DNA from: Candidatus Omnitrophota bacterium
Lineage (GTDB): Bacteria; Omnitrophota; Gorgyraeia; JABMRG01; JAFGKX01
Assembly: GCA_043797125.1 (NCBI GenBank)
Contig: JAZDPX010000013.1
Span: 9,180 to 73,179 of the forward strand
Direction: 5' to 3'
Length of the DNA stretch: 64,000 nt
The translations under genes and the position numbers were made by a program. The notes beneath the pieces were generated by a model. It had not been told where the DNA came from, did no database searches, and worked only from the letters and a program-made list of their open reading frames with translations. Below, in pieces: positions 10,466 through 19,024 of this stretch; position 1 is the first letter of the stretch, and every line of letters starts with the position of its first letter.

Positions 10466-11484
10466 TTTGCTGTTAATCTTTTTAAGACTCTTCTTATATC
10501 TATTTTTGCCGGGCACGCTGTTATGCAGCGGCCGCATCCTGTGCAGGCATATACATCAGCGGCCTTCGGGAAAAAATCAAACTTTTTTTCAAACCTGTTC
10601 CTTAGCCTCATCCACAGGTGCGGCCTTGGATTAGCGCCTCCTGCAACTCTCGCAAAATACTTTACCATGCAGGAATCCCATATTCGCAAGCGCGCCATTT
10701 TACTTTCATCCTTCTGGTCATATAAAAGAAAACAATGGCAGGTGGGGCATATGGTATTGCACGCGCCGCATTCAACGCATGTCTTTGCCTCGTCCTCCCA
10801 TATACCGGACTCGTAATTTTTATCTATAATGTCTTTAAAAATATCCTGGTTGGGAACATTGTTTTCTTTTATGTTGGCCTCGACTTCCTTGGTTGTTTTT
10901 ACCCTTATGTTGTCCCGTTGAAGTAGAAAACCATTTTTTACTTCTTCAAATAAAGATGCGTGCTTGGAAATAATATTCTCGCCTTTTTTTGATCCTGTTT
11001 CTGCCAGAAAACCGCCATTAACTTGCGAAAGATTTATATCAAAATTCTCCTGCGCATACGGCTTTACGCCTAATGCCAGGCAGAAGCATGTCTTAATCGC
11101 GCAGGTGCAATCGCAGGATATGATAAGATTTTCTTCGCGGGCCTTTATATAAAACGGGTCCTGGTAATCGTGATTTTTAAATACAAAATCCTGGACCTTA
11201 AACCCTTTAAGATCGCATGCCTTAACCCCGACAACAGCAAATGGCTTGTTCTTGCTGGATGGTATATCCGCAGAAAAATCTTCCGCCACAATCTCTCTTG
11301 CCTTGCTGAAAAACGCTTTAACAGGCTCGAATGCCCTTACTTCACCTAGCACGATATCTTCACTCGGGCCTGTGTATTCTGCGTAAAAACGCTGCTGGTT
11401 CTTTTTTACAGGTGTAAAGACGCTGTAATCCTTTTTTAAGAAATCCAGCAGCCTAAATAGATTTTCCCGTGTAATATATTTCAT
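10462..11484 (-). CDS. 4Fe-4S subunit (sulfhydrogenase beta HydB / AsrA-like)
   Basis: GVKACD, TCFC, CVECGACNTICPTCHCF, CTGCGRCITACP. Confidence 0.9.
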   Translation of the reverse strand: MKYITRENLFRLLDFLKKDYSVFTPVKKNQQRFYAEYTGPSEDIVLGEVRAFEPVKAFFSKAREIVAEDFSADIPSSKNKPFAVVGVKACDLKGFKVQDFVFKNHDYQDPFYIKAREENLIISCDCTCAIKTCFCLALGVKPYAQENFDINLSQVNGGFLAETGSKKGENIISKHASLFEEVKNGFLLQRDNIRVKTTKEVEANIKENNVPNQDIFKDIIDKNYESGIWEDEAKTCVECGACNTICPTCHCFLLYDQKDESKMARLRIWDSCMVKYFARVAGGANPRPHLWMRLRNRFEKKFDFFPKAADVYACTGCGRCITACPAKIDIRRVLKRLTAK

Positions 11485-12110
11485 TTTTTATTCGCCAGAA
11501 AGTACGAAAGCGTCGCGAGTTCTCTTGAAAGGTCAACGTCTTTCACCTTTACGTTCTCGGGCACTATCAATGCCGCTGGGGCAAAGTTTAATATGCACTC
11601 AACGCCTGAGGCGACTATCTTTTCCGCTACTTCCTGGGCCGCCTGCCCGGGAACAGCTATAATACCTATTGATATCTTTTTTTCCGCCATAACCTTCGGC
11701 ATTTTTTCAATAGGCTGTATAGCCACATCGCCGTGTTTTTTGCCGACTTTTCTCATATCAGAATCGAACGCAGCCACAATATTAAGCCCGCGTTCTTTAA
11801 AGCCCGGATATGCCAAAAGCGCGGTTCCTAAAGAACCAGCGCCTACGACAGCGACGTTCCAGGTCTTATTTTTTCCTAATATATTCTCAAGCGCCTGTTT
11901 TAGCTCATTTACATCGTAGCCGGAGCCGCTTACGCCGAACTGTCCGAAATGGCCCAGGTCTTTTCTTACCTGCGCGTCGCTTAAGTTTAACCTGTCGCCT
12001 AATTCAGCGGATGATATAGTGCGTATGTTTACCTTGGCTAATTCTGTAAGCTCTCTAAGATAAACAAACAGCCTTGAGATTGTGCTTTCGGGGATTTTCT
12101 TGGTATTCAT
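11481..12110 (-). CDS. rex: Redox-sensing transcriptional repressor Rex
   Basis: IPESTISRL, QVRKDLGHFGQFG..GSGY, VGAGSLG, ILNFAP. Confidence 0.95.
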   Translation of the reverse strand: MNTKKIPESTISRLFVYLRELTELAKVNIRTISSAELGDRLNLSDAQVRKDLGHFGQFGVSGSGYDVNELKQALENILGKNKTWNVAVVGAGSLGTALLAYPGFKERGLNIVAAFDSDMRKVGKKHGDVAIQPIEKMPKVMAEKKISIGIIAVPGQAAQEVAEKIVASGVECILNFAPAALIVPENVKVKDVDLSRELATLSYFLANKK

Positions 12111-12111
12111 A

Positions 12112-12150
12112 TTGTGTAAAAAATCACAGACTTTGTGCTATTTTTCACAA
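12112..12150. promoter_or_regulatory. Two tandem Rex operators
   Basis: TTGTG-TAAAAAAT-CACAG (12112-12129) and TTGTG-CTATTTTT-CACAA (12133-12150) match the TTGTG-N8-CACAA Rex consensus, directly upstream of rex. Confidence 0.88.
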
Positions 12151-12179
12151 AGTATATCAAAATAAAAAAATTTTGTCAA
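12151..12179 (-). promoter_or_regulatory. Sigma-70 promoter of the rex-hydrogenase operon
   Basis: TTGACA-N17-TATACT with extended TG on the minus strand. Confidence 0.85.
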
Positions 12180-13201
12180 GTGGATTTTTTAAGGGGGGTT
12201 AATGCTATGCTTGCCAGGTTGACCAGTTCCTTTACCAATGCTATATCCCTGTCTGAAAAGTTGATATTCTTTCTCATGATGTTTAAATTTATAACCCCGT
12301 ACGCGCTTTCGCTGTTGGGCTTGCTAAAAGGCACGATCATGGAGGACGTTATGTCTTTTCTTTTCATCTTCCCGGAAATTGCCTTGTTGTCCTTGTCCTG
12401 AGGCAGAATAATGGGCTTTGATGTAGCTGCGGCAAGGCCTGCTATGCCCTCGCCCATCTTTACATTGGTATTATTAACTATTTCTTTATCGAGTTTCGAG
12501 GAAACTTTTATGTGCAGCATATTAGTAGATTCATTTAAAGTCATTACAGAGCCAGAATCCGCGTTAAGCGCCAGTGTGCATGAATTAAGCAAAGAATTCA
12601 GGATTTTATCTTCGTAATACCTTGAAAACCCGGGGTCAAGCTGCATTACCTCCGGCTTTATTTCGCCGAGGCGCTTTTTATGGTATCCTGCCTGCGCGAT
12701 ATGGGAAAACACCTCTGTCATAAGCTTGATAACTTCGTTTAACCTGTTATAAGTAAAAACAGGCATATCCAGGAGCGTGTCCATCAACTGCTCTAAATCT
12801 ATGCCAAACCTGCTTGCTTCTTTGGAATATGCGGAGGCATCTCCTCTTTTTGCCAACATTACAGGCCCGAGCGCTAAATAGGCGACAATTTCGTCTGCCA
12901 CCGCCATTATGGGGATAATAAAGGCATTAAGCCCGAACGGACAAATAATTTTTGTTTCTTTATCTATGCCCGATATGCTTTTTATTTTAGATTCCGCCAT
13001 GCAGACGTGTAAAACATCGGCATCTTTAGAAGCGTGCGGAAAAATAACCGCGCACAGGTGGTTAGGCCGGCTAGTCTTTGTCATGGCCTCACCGTCAAAT
13101 GAAAAGGTCCTTAAGCTCAGCTCAAGGACCTCTGAAAGAGAATCTTGTATTGCCTGCCAATCTTTAATATTTATAAGCTCTCTAAATAGCAGTTTTGTCA
13201 T
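12176..13201 (-). CDS. PocR-like sensor + GAF domain protein without an output domain
   Basis: WQAIQDSLSEV...CPFGLNAF...LGPV (PocR-like), then SGSVM...MGEGIAGLAAATSKP...SSMIVP...YGVINL...FSDRD (GAF). Confidence 0.75.
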   Translation of the reverse strand: MTKLLFRELINIKDWQAIQDSLSEVLELSLRTFSFDGEAMTKTSRPNHLCAVIFPHASKDADVLHVCMAESKIKSISGIDKETKIICPFGLNAFIIPIMAVADEIVAYLALGPVMLAKRGDASAYSKEASRFGIDLEQLMDTLLDMPVFTYNRLNEVIKLMTEVFSHIAQAGYHKKRLGEIKPEVMQLDPGFSRYYEDKILNSLLNSCTLALNADSGSVMTLNESTNMLHIKVSSKLDKEIVNNTNVKMGEGIAGLAAATSKPIILPQDKDNKAISGKMKRKDITSSMIVPFSKPNSESAYGVINLNIMRKNINFSDRDIALVKELVNLASIALTPLKKST

Positions 13202-14609
13202 TTTCTATCTTATCAACAATCGTAATTTTATACTGGCGCAATTTGTTATAGAGAGTTGTCCTGTTCACCCCCAATTTTACAGCCGCCTTTTTCTTGTTCC
13301 ATCCGACTTCCTGTAAAATCTTCAATATATAAACCTTCTCCGGCTCTTTCATGGCGTCCTTAAGCGAAGAAAGTTTCTGGCGCTGCTGGATTGTAATGGC
13401 ATCGCTGACTTCTATTGCGCCGTTAAGTATCACATCGGGTAAATCATCGACATCTATCGCGCTGTCTGTATCAAGTATGACAGCTCTTTCAATAATATTC
13501 TCCAGCTCCCTTATGTTTCCGGGCCAATTGTAACTGGTGAGCGCATCCTGCGCCTGCTGCGAGATGCTATTTATTTTTTTATGGTTTTCTTCTGAATAAA
13601 GATTGACAAAATGCTCTATTAATAGAGGCAAGTCCTGCTTCCTGCTTCTTAAGGGAGGCAGGGTTATTGAAATTACATTAAGCCTGTAATATAAATCTTC
13701 CCGGAATTTTGCGTCTTTAATCGCCTTTTCAAGGTCCTGGTTGGTCGATGCGATAATGCGCACATCTGTTTTTAATGTTTTGTGGTCGCCGACACGCTCA
13801 TATTCCTTTTGCTGCAAAATCCTTAACAACTTGACCTGCAAATCCAGCGAGAAAGAATCTATATCATCTAAAAGCATCGTGCCGCCGTCTCCAAGCTCGA
13901 ATCTGCCTTTGCGGTCAGCTATGGCGCCTGTAAAAGCTCCCCTGGTATGCCCAAACAGCTCGCTCTCAATTATTTCTCTTGGCAGGGCGCCGCATGATAC
14001 TTCAATAAAAGGCTTATTGTGCCTTTTTTTATCGGCCTTATGTATTGCCTGCGCCAGCATTCTTTTTCCTGTGCCGCTTTCGCCGCGCAAAAGTATTGTT
14101 GCCTTTGTATTGGATATGCGGTTAATCAGGGAGTATATCTCTTTCATCTGGGGGCTGTTTCCCACAAGATTAAAGCATGCTCCTGCGTTCTTTGGGGGGT
14201 CTTTCGGGAATATTTGCTCTTTTACCGAGAGGGGAATATTGGCGAATGCCCTTTTTATAGCGCTTACAATCTTTTTATCTTCGACAGGCCTTACAAGATA
14301 ATCAAACGCGCCTATCTTTATGCTGTCAACCGCGGATTCTATGTTGCCGTACGAAGTAAGTATTATAATCTGGCAGGGGTAGTTTTGCTTCTTGATTATT
14401 TTAAGCAGCTCATTGCCGCTGCCGTTTACATCTGTTAATACTACGCGGCGGGGATTATTATCAAGGTGTTTTAAGGTTTCTTCTATTGAATCTGCGAGGT
14501 CAACTGCGTAGCCGTAGCGGCAAAGCATCTCGTAAATGGATTTCCTGGTGAGCTTATCATTGTTCACTACCAATACGTTTGGTTTGCCTGCCGGCTGTTG
14601 ATACTTCAC
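13182..14609 (-). CDS. Sigma-54 enhancer-binding protein (atypical REC - AAA+ - Fis HTH), PrsR/NtrC-like
   Basis: GESGTGK, ESELFGH, GAFTGA, FREDLYYRL, WPGNIREL, AAVKLGVNRTTLYNKL. Confidence 0.93.
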   Translation of the reverse strand: MKYQQPAGKPNVLVVNNDKLTRKSIYEMLCRYGYAVDLADSIEETLKHLDNNPRRVVLTDVNGSGNELLKIIKKQNYPCQIIILTSYGNIESAVDSIKIGAFDYLVRPVEDKKIVSAIKRAFANIPLSVKEQIFPKDPPKNAGACFNLVGNSPQMKEIYSLINRISNTKATILLRGESGTGKRMLAQAIHKADKKRHNKPFIEVSCGALPREIIESELFGHTRGAFTGAIADRKGRFELGDGGTMLLDDIDSFSLDLQVKLLRILQQKEYERVGDHKTLKTDVRIIASTNQDLEKAIKDAKFREDLYYRLNVISITLPPLRSRKQDLPLLIEHFVNLYSEENHKKINSISQQAQDALTSYNWPGNIRELENIIERAVILDTDSAIDVDDLPDVILNGAIEVSDAITIQQRQKLSSLKDAMKEPEKVYILKILQEVGWNKKKAAVKLGVNRTTLYNKLRQYKITIVDKIENDKTAI

Positions 14610-14919
14610 TGATTTCTCTTTCTATTTTTACTGCGTAATTATTAAGCCTTTTCACTAGGGATGACGTCTTTCTTATGCCTTTTTTGGACTCAAGAAGGAA
14701 TTCTCTTCCCTGCGAATCTTCATCTATTGTTTGTAATGTCAAATTTATAAAACGATTTACCGTATCAATAGGGCTGCAAAGCTGATTTATTATATTCCTA
14801 GATACTTTACCCATTCGCATGAGCTTTTTGTATCGCTTGGATTTTCGGCCTGAGCTTTGCTGGCCATTTTGGCTGATTACGCCATTTTTAGGTAAGGTAG
14901 ATTGTACCATATTGTCCAT
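14557..14919 (-). CDS. Stand-alone degenerate HisKA/DHp-like protein
   Basis: KLMRMGKVSRNIINQLCSPIDTVNRFINL aligns by eye with KLxxLGxLAAGVAHELNNPLDGIxRYINL. No HATPase domain. Confidence 0.6.
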   Translation of the reverse strand: MDNMVQSTLPKNGVISQNGQQSSGRKSKRYKKLMRMGKVSRNIINQLCSPIDTVNRFINLTLQTIDEDSQGREFLLESKKGIRKTSSLVKRLNNYAVKIEREISEVSTAGRQTKRIGSEQ

Positions 14920-14966
14920 GACAGTGCAAGTAAAAAATACAATTTTTAAAAAGTATTAATAATGCC

Positions 14967-14992
14967 GTCATCCCCGCGAAAGCGGGGATCCA
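14967..14992 (+). repeat. dRS3-like/CGTC-type REP hairpin
   Basis: GTCATCCCCGCGAAAGCGGGGATCCA. Related copies at 19944, 20208, 21851, 21900, 24753, 26026, 28281 and 47958 (inverted). Confidence 0.85.
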
Positions 14993-15865
14993 TTATGCAG
15001 GCAGTTCCTTCTTCAGCGCCTCTATCCTCTTTTCCAGAATAGCCTTAAATCTATTATCTACTGCCTTTTCTTTCATATCGCTATATATCTGTATCGCCTG
15101 CTGCGGCATTTTAAGTGTCTTCACATATATAAACTCCACGGCGGGAAGCTGTTGCTCAAAAGTAGACGGCGAAGGATAATTATTAATTATATCCTGCACC
15201 ATTTTGCCGGCATCCTCAAACTTTGTCAGGCCTACGTATGACTGCACAAGCAAGGTTGCTGCCATATATCCGAGCGCTGTTGCCTTGTTATCTTTTTCTG
15301 TTTTGCTGTAAAATGCCGCAGCTTCTGCATATGACTGCTCTGCGCGCACAGCATCACCTGCTTTTGAATAGTGATTTGCAATATAAAGCGCTGCCTGAAG
15401 TCCTAAAAATGTATTCGCGTATCTATCTTTTAGCGTGGTATATTCCTCTAACGCCTTGCTCCATTTGTCCTGCTTTTCATAGACGGTTGCCTTAAGAAAA
15501 TGCGCCTTGCTTAAAGTGGCAAGATCCCCGCCGGGCTTGCTGATGACAGTATCGATGCCGGTTATGGCTTTATCGTATTTATTTGTGGCTATGTAAAACT
15601 CTATCAGCACCATTTGCGCTGTCTTGGCAACATCTGTCTGCGAAAAGTTCTTTATTACCTTGTTTAAGTCGTTTTCAACCGAGGTAAACAGCTTTGGGGG
15701 TATTACATCCGGGTTTTGTGTTATCTTTTGGATATTTTTGGTTGCGCGGTAAAACAGCTTCTCCGCCTTGTACTCAGGGCTCTGCCCGTATATAGTGAGA
15801 AGTATATATACTATTATTAATATAAGCCCCAGGGAAAATATAATGCCTCTGATATTTAGCTTCAC
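14993..15865 (-). CDS. Membrane-anchored TPR protein
   Basis: N-terminal TM then TPR-like helices (AHFLKATVYEKQDKWSKALEEY). GTG 15865 preceded by GGAGGA. Confidence 0.8.
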   Translation of the reverse strand: MKLNIRGIIFSLGLILIIVYILLTIYGQSPEYKAEKLFYRATKNIQKITQNPDVIPPKLFTSVENDLNKVIKNFSQTDVAKTAQMVLIEFYIATNKYDKAITGIDTVISKPGGDLATLSKAHFLKATVYEKQDKWSKALEEYTTLKDRYANTFLGLQAALYIANHYSKAGDAVRAEQSYAEAAAFYSKTEKDNKATALGYMAATLLVQSYVGLTKFEDAGKMVQDIINNYPSPSTFEQQLPAVEFIYVKTLKMPQQAIQIYSDMKEKAVDNRFKAILEKRIEALKKELPA

Positions 15866-15866
15866 T

Positions 15867-16715
15867 TTATTCCTCCGTATCCAGTAAAAACTGCGACGCG
15901 CACACAATTACAAAGCTGTCTATAAATATTGTAAGGACTATTCCTAATAATGTTATGGCAACGGTTATTTCAGGGAATGTCATCTGGGCCAGCTGTGTCG
16001 CGTTGCTTTTTAATAAAGCTATGGGTAAAAACAATAGCGACGGGACTAATATTAAAGCGAATAAACTGAAAAACCTGCGAAAGCCCAGGGAAATGCTTTT
16101 GCCCAATGCTTTTACCAGCGGGCTTTTTTGCATTACCATAATAGGCAGCGCAAGTATAAAAAATGTCTGCAATATGATGTTAGATGCAAATAAAAATAAT
16201 GACGCTCCTGAAAAATACGCCCTGCCTACAAAGCGCGGCGCTTGCTTCGCGGCGAGCCTTGCCAGTTTATTAAAAATAAACAAATCTGCCTTTTTTAATA
16301 AAAACAAAAGGATAATCATCAGAATACCAAAAGATAAAAACGCGCCGCATCTTTTTAAGGCGTTTTTTATAAAGGCGTTGGTCCTTAGCGGAAGGCCCTC
16401 TTTGACGTTCCTGAATATATTAATGGAAACGCCGGTTAAAAATACGGCTATAAAGATGTAAATCAGTATTTGAAGGTAATAAAATATATTAGGCAATATA
16501 ATGACATTGCCGGGATAGTGCAGGGAGGCTTCGCCGTAAAATTTTCTTATAACGGGCCCGGCTATTATTGATAGGGGCTTCCTTGATGAAAAATAAATTA
16601 GTTCAACTGCCAGGCACTCAAAAAAGGCAGTAATAATAAAAGGCAAAAGAATGATAGGCTTTGCCTTCAGCAAATCAAATGCCGATACCCAATTTTTCCT
16701 TAAGTTATAGTTCAT
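15867..16715 (-). CDS. Multi-pass membrane protein of unknown function
   Basis: 282 aa, about 6 hydrophobic segments, 1 bp from the TPR gene. Confidence 0.75.
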   Translation of the reverse strand: MNYNLRKNWVSAFDLLKAKPIILLPFIITAFFECLAVELIYFSSRKPLSIIAGPVIRKFYGEASLHYPGNVIILPNIFYYLQILIYIFIAVFLTGVSINIFRNVKEGLPLRTNAFIKNALKRCGAFLSFGILMIILLFLLKKADLFIFNKLARLAAKQAPRFVGRAYFSGASLFLFASNIILQTFFILALPIMVMQKSPLVKALGKSISLGFRRFFSLFALILVPSLLFLPIALLKSNATQLAQMTFPEITVAITLLGIVLTIFIDSFVIVCASQFLLDTEE

Positions 16716-16907
16716 ATTTTATATTATATCACAACTCTGAACTTTTTCTACTTTTTTTAGAAAGTGCTTAAAAAAAATGCCATCACTACGGCCTTTTATT
16801 ACAGTGGGAGAACACAAAACTTTTCTTGCAAGAGCCTTGTGCTCTCCCCCATAAGCATGCTTACTAGGTTCAAGCAAAAGCTCCCACCTTAATTAAAAGA
16901 TAAGGAG

Positions 16908-17480
16908 CTATTTGCTGAACTTATTTCTTACTGCTCCAACACCAATTCCTAAAAGGCCGAGGCCTAATAGAGCCATTGTTGCCGGTTCCGGTACTCCGGG
17001 CGCTTTTGACGTGCCTGTTGCATCTTCGTCGGTTTGATTCCACGCTGCTGCAGTTGTAAAATAAGGCATGTGAACGCTTTTTACTCTGAACTCACCTTGC
17101 GATTCACCTATATCCAGCTGATACCCATAATCTGCATCCCAACCAAAAGTCATAGGATATGGATTCCAATCCCATCCGGTCGGCGTATTTACTTCTATCA
17201 CGCTAACAACCGACGGTTTATCCAGCGCGAAATCTGTAAGATATGTGTCGTAACTAATATTCGTAAGCATATACTCATATCCCCAGTAACCTGTCCCGTA
17301 AACGAAATTGCCGGCTGAATTATCAGAAGGATCCCATATGCCTAAATCCAGCTGTGCATTTCCGTCCACGCAGGTTAGTATCGACGTAAACGTTGAAGTA
17401 AACGCCCATGCGCCTGAAGTAACGCTTAACATCATTGCTGCGAACATCATTATTGTTAATATTCTTTTCACTTGTTTCAC
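16908..17480 (-). CDS. PEP-CTERM sorting-domain protein
   Basis: Signal peptide (..GAWA), C-terminal VPEPATMALLGLGLLGIGVGAVRNKFSK. Confidence 0.92.
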   Translation of the reverse strand: MKQVKRILTIMMFAAMMLSVTSGAWAFTSTFTSILTCVDGNAQLDLGIWDPSDNSAGNFVYGTGYWGYEYMLTNISYDTYLTDFALDKPSVVSVIEVNTPTGWDWNPYPMTFGWDADYGYQLDIGESQGEFRVKSVHMPYFTTAAAWNQTDEDATGTSKAPGVPEPATMALLGLGLLGIGVGAVRNKFSK

Positions 17481-17504
17481 CTCCTTTTTTTAAAAAATAT
17501 TTAT

Positions 17505-17592
17505 CACAGATGACCGCAGATTAAAGGATACAGATGATCACAGATATAATATCTGCGATCATCTTGCATTTTTTTATCTGTGCTAATCTGTG
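17505..17592. repeat. Inverted array of CAGAT/ATCTG short repeats
   Basis: cacagat..cgcagat..tacagat..cacagat followed by atctgcg..atctgtg..atctgtg in an intergenic gap. Confidence 0.65.
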
Positions 17593-17600
17593 TCAATTTG

Positions 17601-18248
17601 TTATCTTTTCCTTCTGAATAAAAGCCCTGCCGCGCCTAATCCAACTAACGCCAATGTAATAGGCTCGGGATTTGCTTGCGCGTCATGCGACGGCGGAACA
17701 AATTTATTATTAGGATTGCCACTGTTTGAAAAATAATACCCGTATGCGTCTATATGTAAGCTGTTAAGGCCTGAAGATGTTACATTGAATTCTAAGATGG
17801 TTCCGTCGGCTGTGCCGCTGCCGGGCATATCCTGCACCGTTTCTGATCCCAAAGGAATATAGCCAAGCGAATGTTCCGCATAATAAGCCGGATATATCCC
17901 GTGAGGCGGCAGTGAGGATGTAAACGGCTCGCCATCTATGGTGTAAGTTTTGAAAGGCGTACCATGCGCAAACGTAGAATATGTATAATAATCATTCGTG
18001 CCATCAGGATTAACGGTTATTGAACCTGCATTGTCGTCACCGGTCGCAAATGTCAAATATACGCCGTATAAATCCTTGTTAGCCGCGATAAACCAAAGCT
18101 CAAAATTGGTTGACCCAAAATGCCAGCTCTGGTCAGCGTCTACATATGTGCCGCCGGGTATATATACCTGCATATCAGGAACAGCATACGCGTTCGCGGC
18201 GAATAACAACCCCAGCACCATTAGCGCCAATAATAATTTCGTTTTCAT
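17601..18248 (-). CDS. PEP-CTERM protein (possibly choice-of-anchor N-like domain)
   Basis: Signal peptide (..AYA), C-terminal NPEPITLALVGLGAAGLLFRRKR. Confidence 0.9.
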   Translation of the reverse strand: MKTKLLLALMVLGLLFAANAYAVPDMQVYIPGGTYVDADQSWHFGSTNFELWFIAANKDLYGVYLTFATGDDNAGSITVNPDGTNDYYTYSTFAHGTPFKTYTIDGEPFTSSLPPHGIYPAYYAEHSLGYIPLGSETVQDMPGSGTADGTILEFNVTSSGLNSLHIDAYGYYFSNSGNPNNKFVPPSHDAQANPEPITLALVGLGAAGLLFRRKR

Positions 18249-18976
18249 ATTCTCCTCTTTCTGCGCAAAGCGCCGAAACCTAAAGCTCCCAAGCCAAGCA
18301 AAATAACCGACGCCGGCTCGGGCGTTACAGTATAAGAACCGCTCATATAATCATTTGCGCATGTGGCAGCTGCCCAATAAACATTCATGGGCCCGAGCTC
18401 TTCCATAAATAAATTATACGGCACTGAAACATCTCTACGGTTAAAATCATAGCCATTGCTTAGTGTGCCTACCTTAGTAAAGGTAACAGTTCCGTCATAA
18501 AGTTCGCTATCATAATTTGCCGCTGTTACATTATTGTTAAACATACTGCCCGAATACCCGTAATATGATTTCCATTGATACGACGTGTTCCACTGGGTAG
18601 TGCCGGAGTAAAGATTGCCTTCACTAAATTGCGGATTACCCGAAGCTGTTGGTGTGCCATGATCAGTCATGGCTATGGCAAAATCTTTCGTACCTGTATT
18701 TCCCGGCACGGTAATTTTTATATCACCACAGAAAAGTTGCCCAATTCCGCTTTCCGGAAAACCGCTGTATAATTGAAACGTAAGCATTGAGCCATTTTGT
18801 GCGATATCTATTCCATATCCTTCATAACGTGGATCGCCAAGGCGCTCATATGTGCTGCTTGTGCTATAGCTCCAATAATCCTCGATGGTAAATTCAGCAG
18901 GCGGCGTAACTACGCAAAACGCAGTTTTGGCAGCCAGCAAAATCATCATACAAACCAGTACAATTATCATCTTCAT
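18245..18976 (-). CDS. PEP-CTERM protein
   Basis: Start moved to ATG 18976 (MKMIIVLV signal peptide). C-terminal TPEPASVILLGLGALGFGALRRKRRI. Confidence 0.9.
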   Translation of the reverse strand: MKMIIVLVCMMILLAAKTAFCVVTPPAEFTIEDYWSYSTSSTYERLGDPRYEGYGIDIAQNGSMLTFQLYSGFPESGIGQLFCGDIKITVPGNTGTKDFAIAMTDHGTPTASGNPQFSEGNLYSGTTQWNTSYQWKSYYGYSGSMFNNNVTAANYDSELYDGTVTFTKVGTLSNGYDFNRRDVSVPYNLFMEELGPMNVYWAAATCANDYMSGSYTVTPEPASVILLGLGALGFGALRRKRRI

Positions 18977-19024
18977 ATTCTTTTTCCCCTGCCCACAGCT
19001 CAAGGCCCACAGCCCACAGCTCAA

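Noticed and set aside
9641-11484. Anaerobic sulfite reductase AsrAB
   Set aside because: No siroheme AsrC gene, and the pair is coupled to hydrogenase subunits instead.
18977-19024. N-terminal extension MSCGLWALSCGQG of the PEP-CTERM ORF
   Set aside because: It is the translation of an intergenic heptamer array. The signal peptide starts at 18976.
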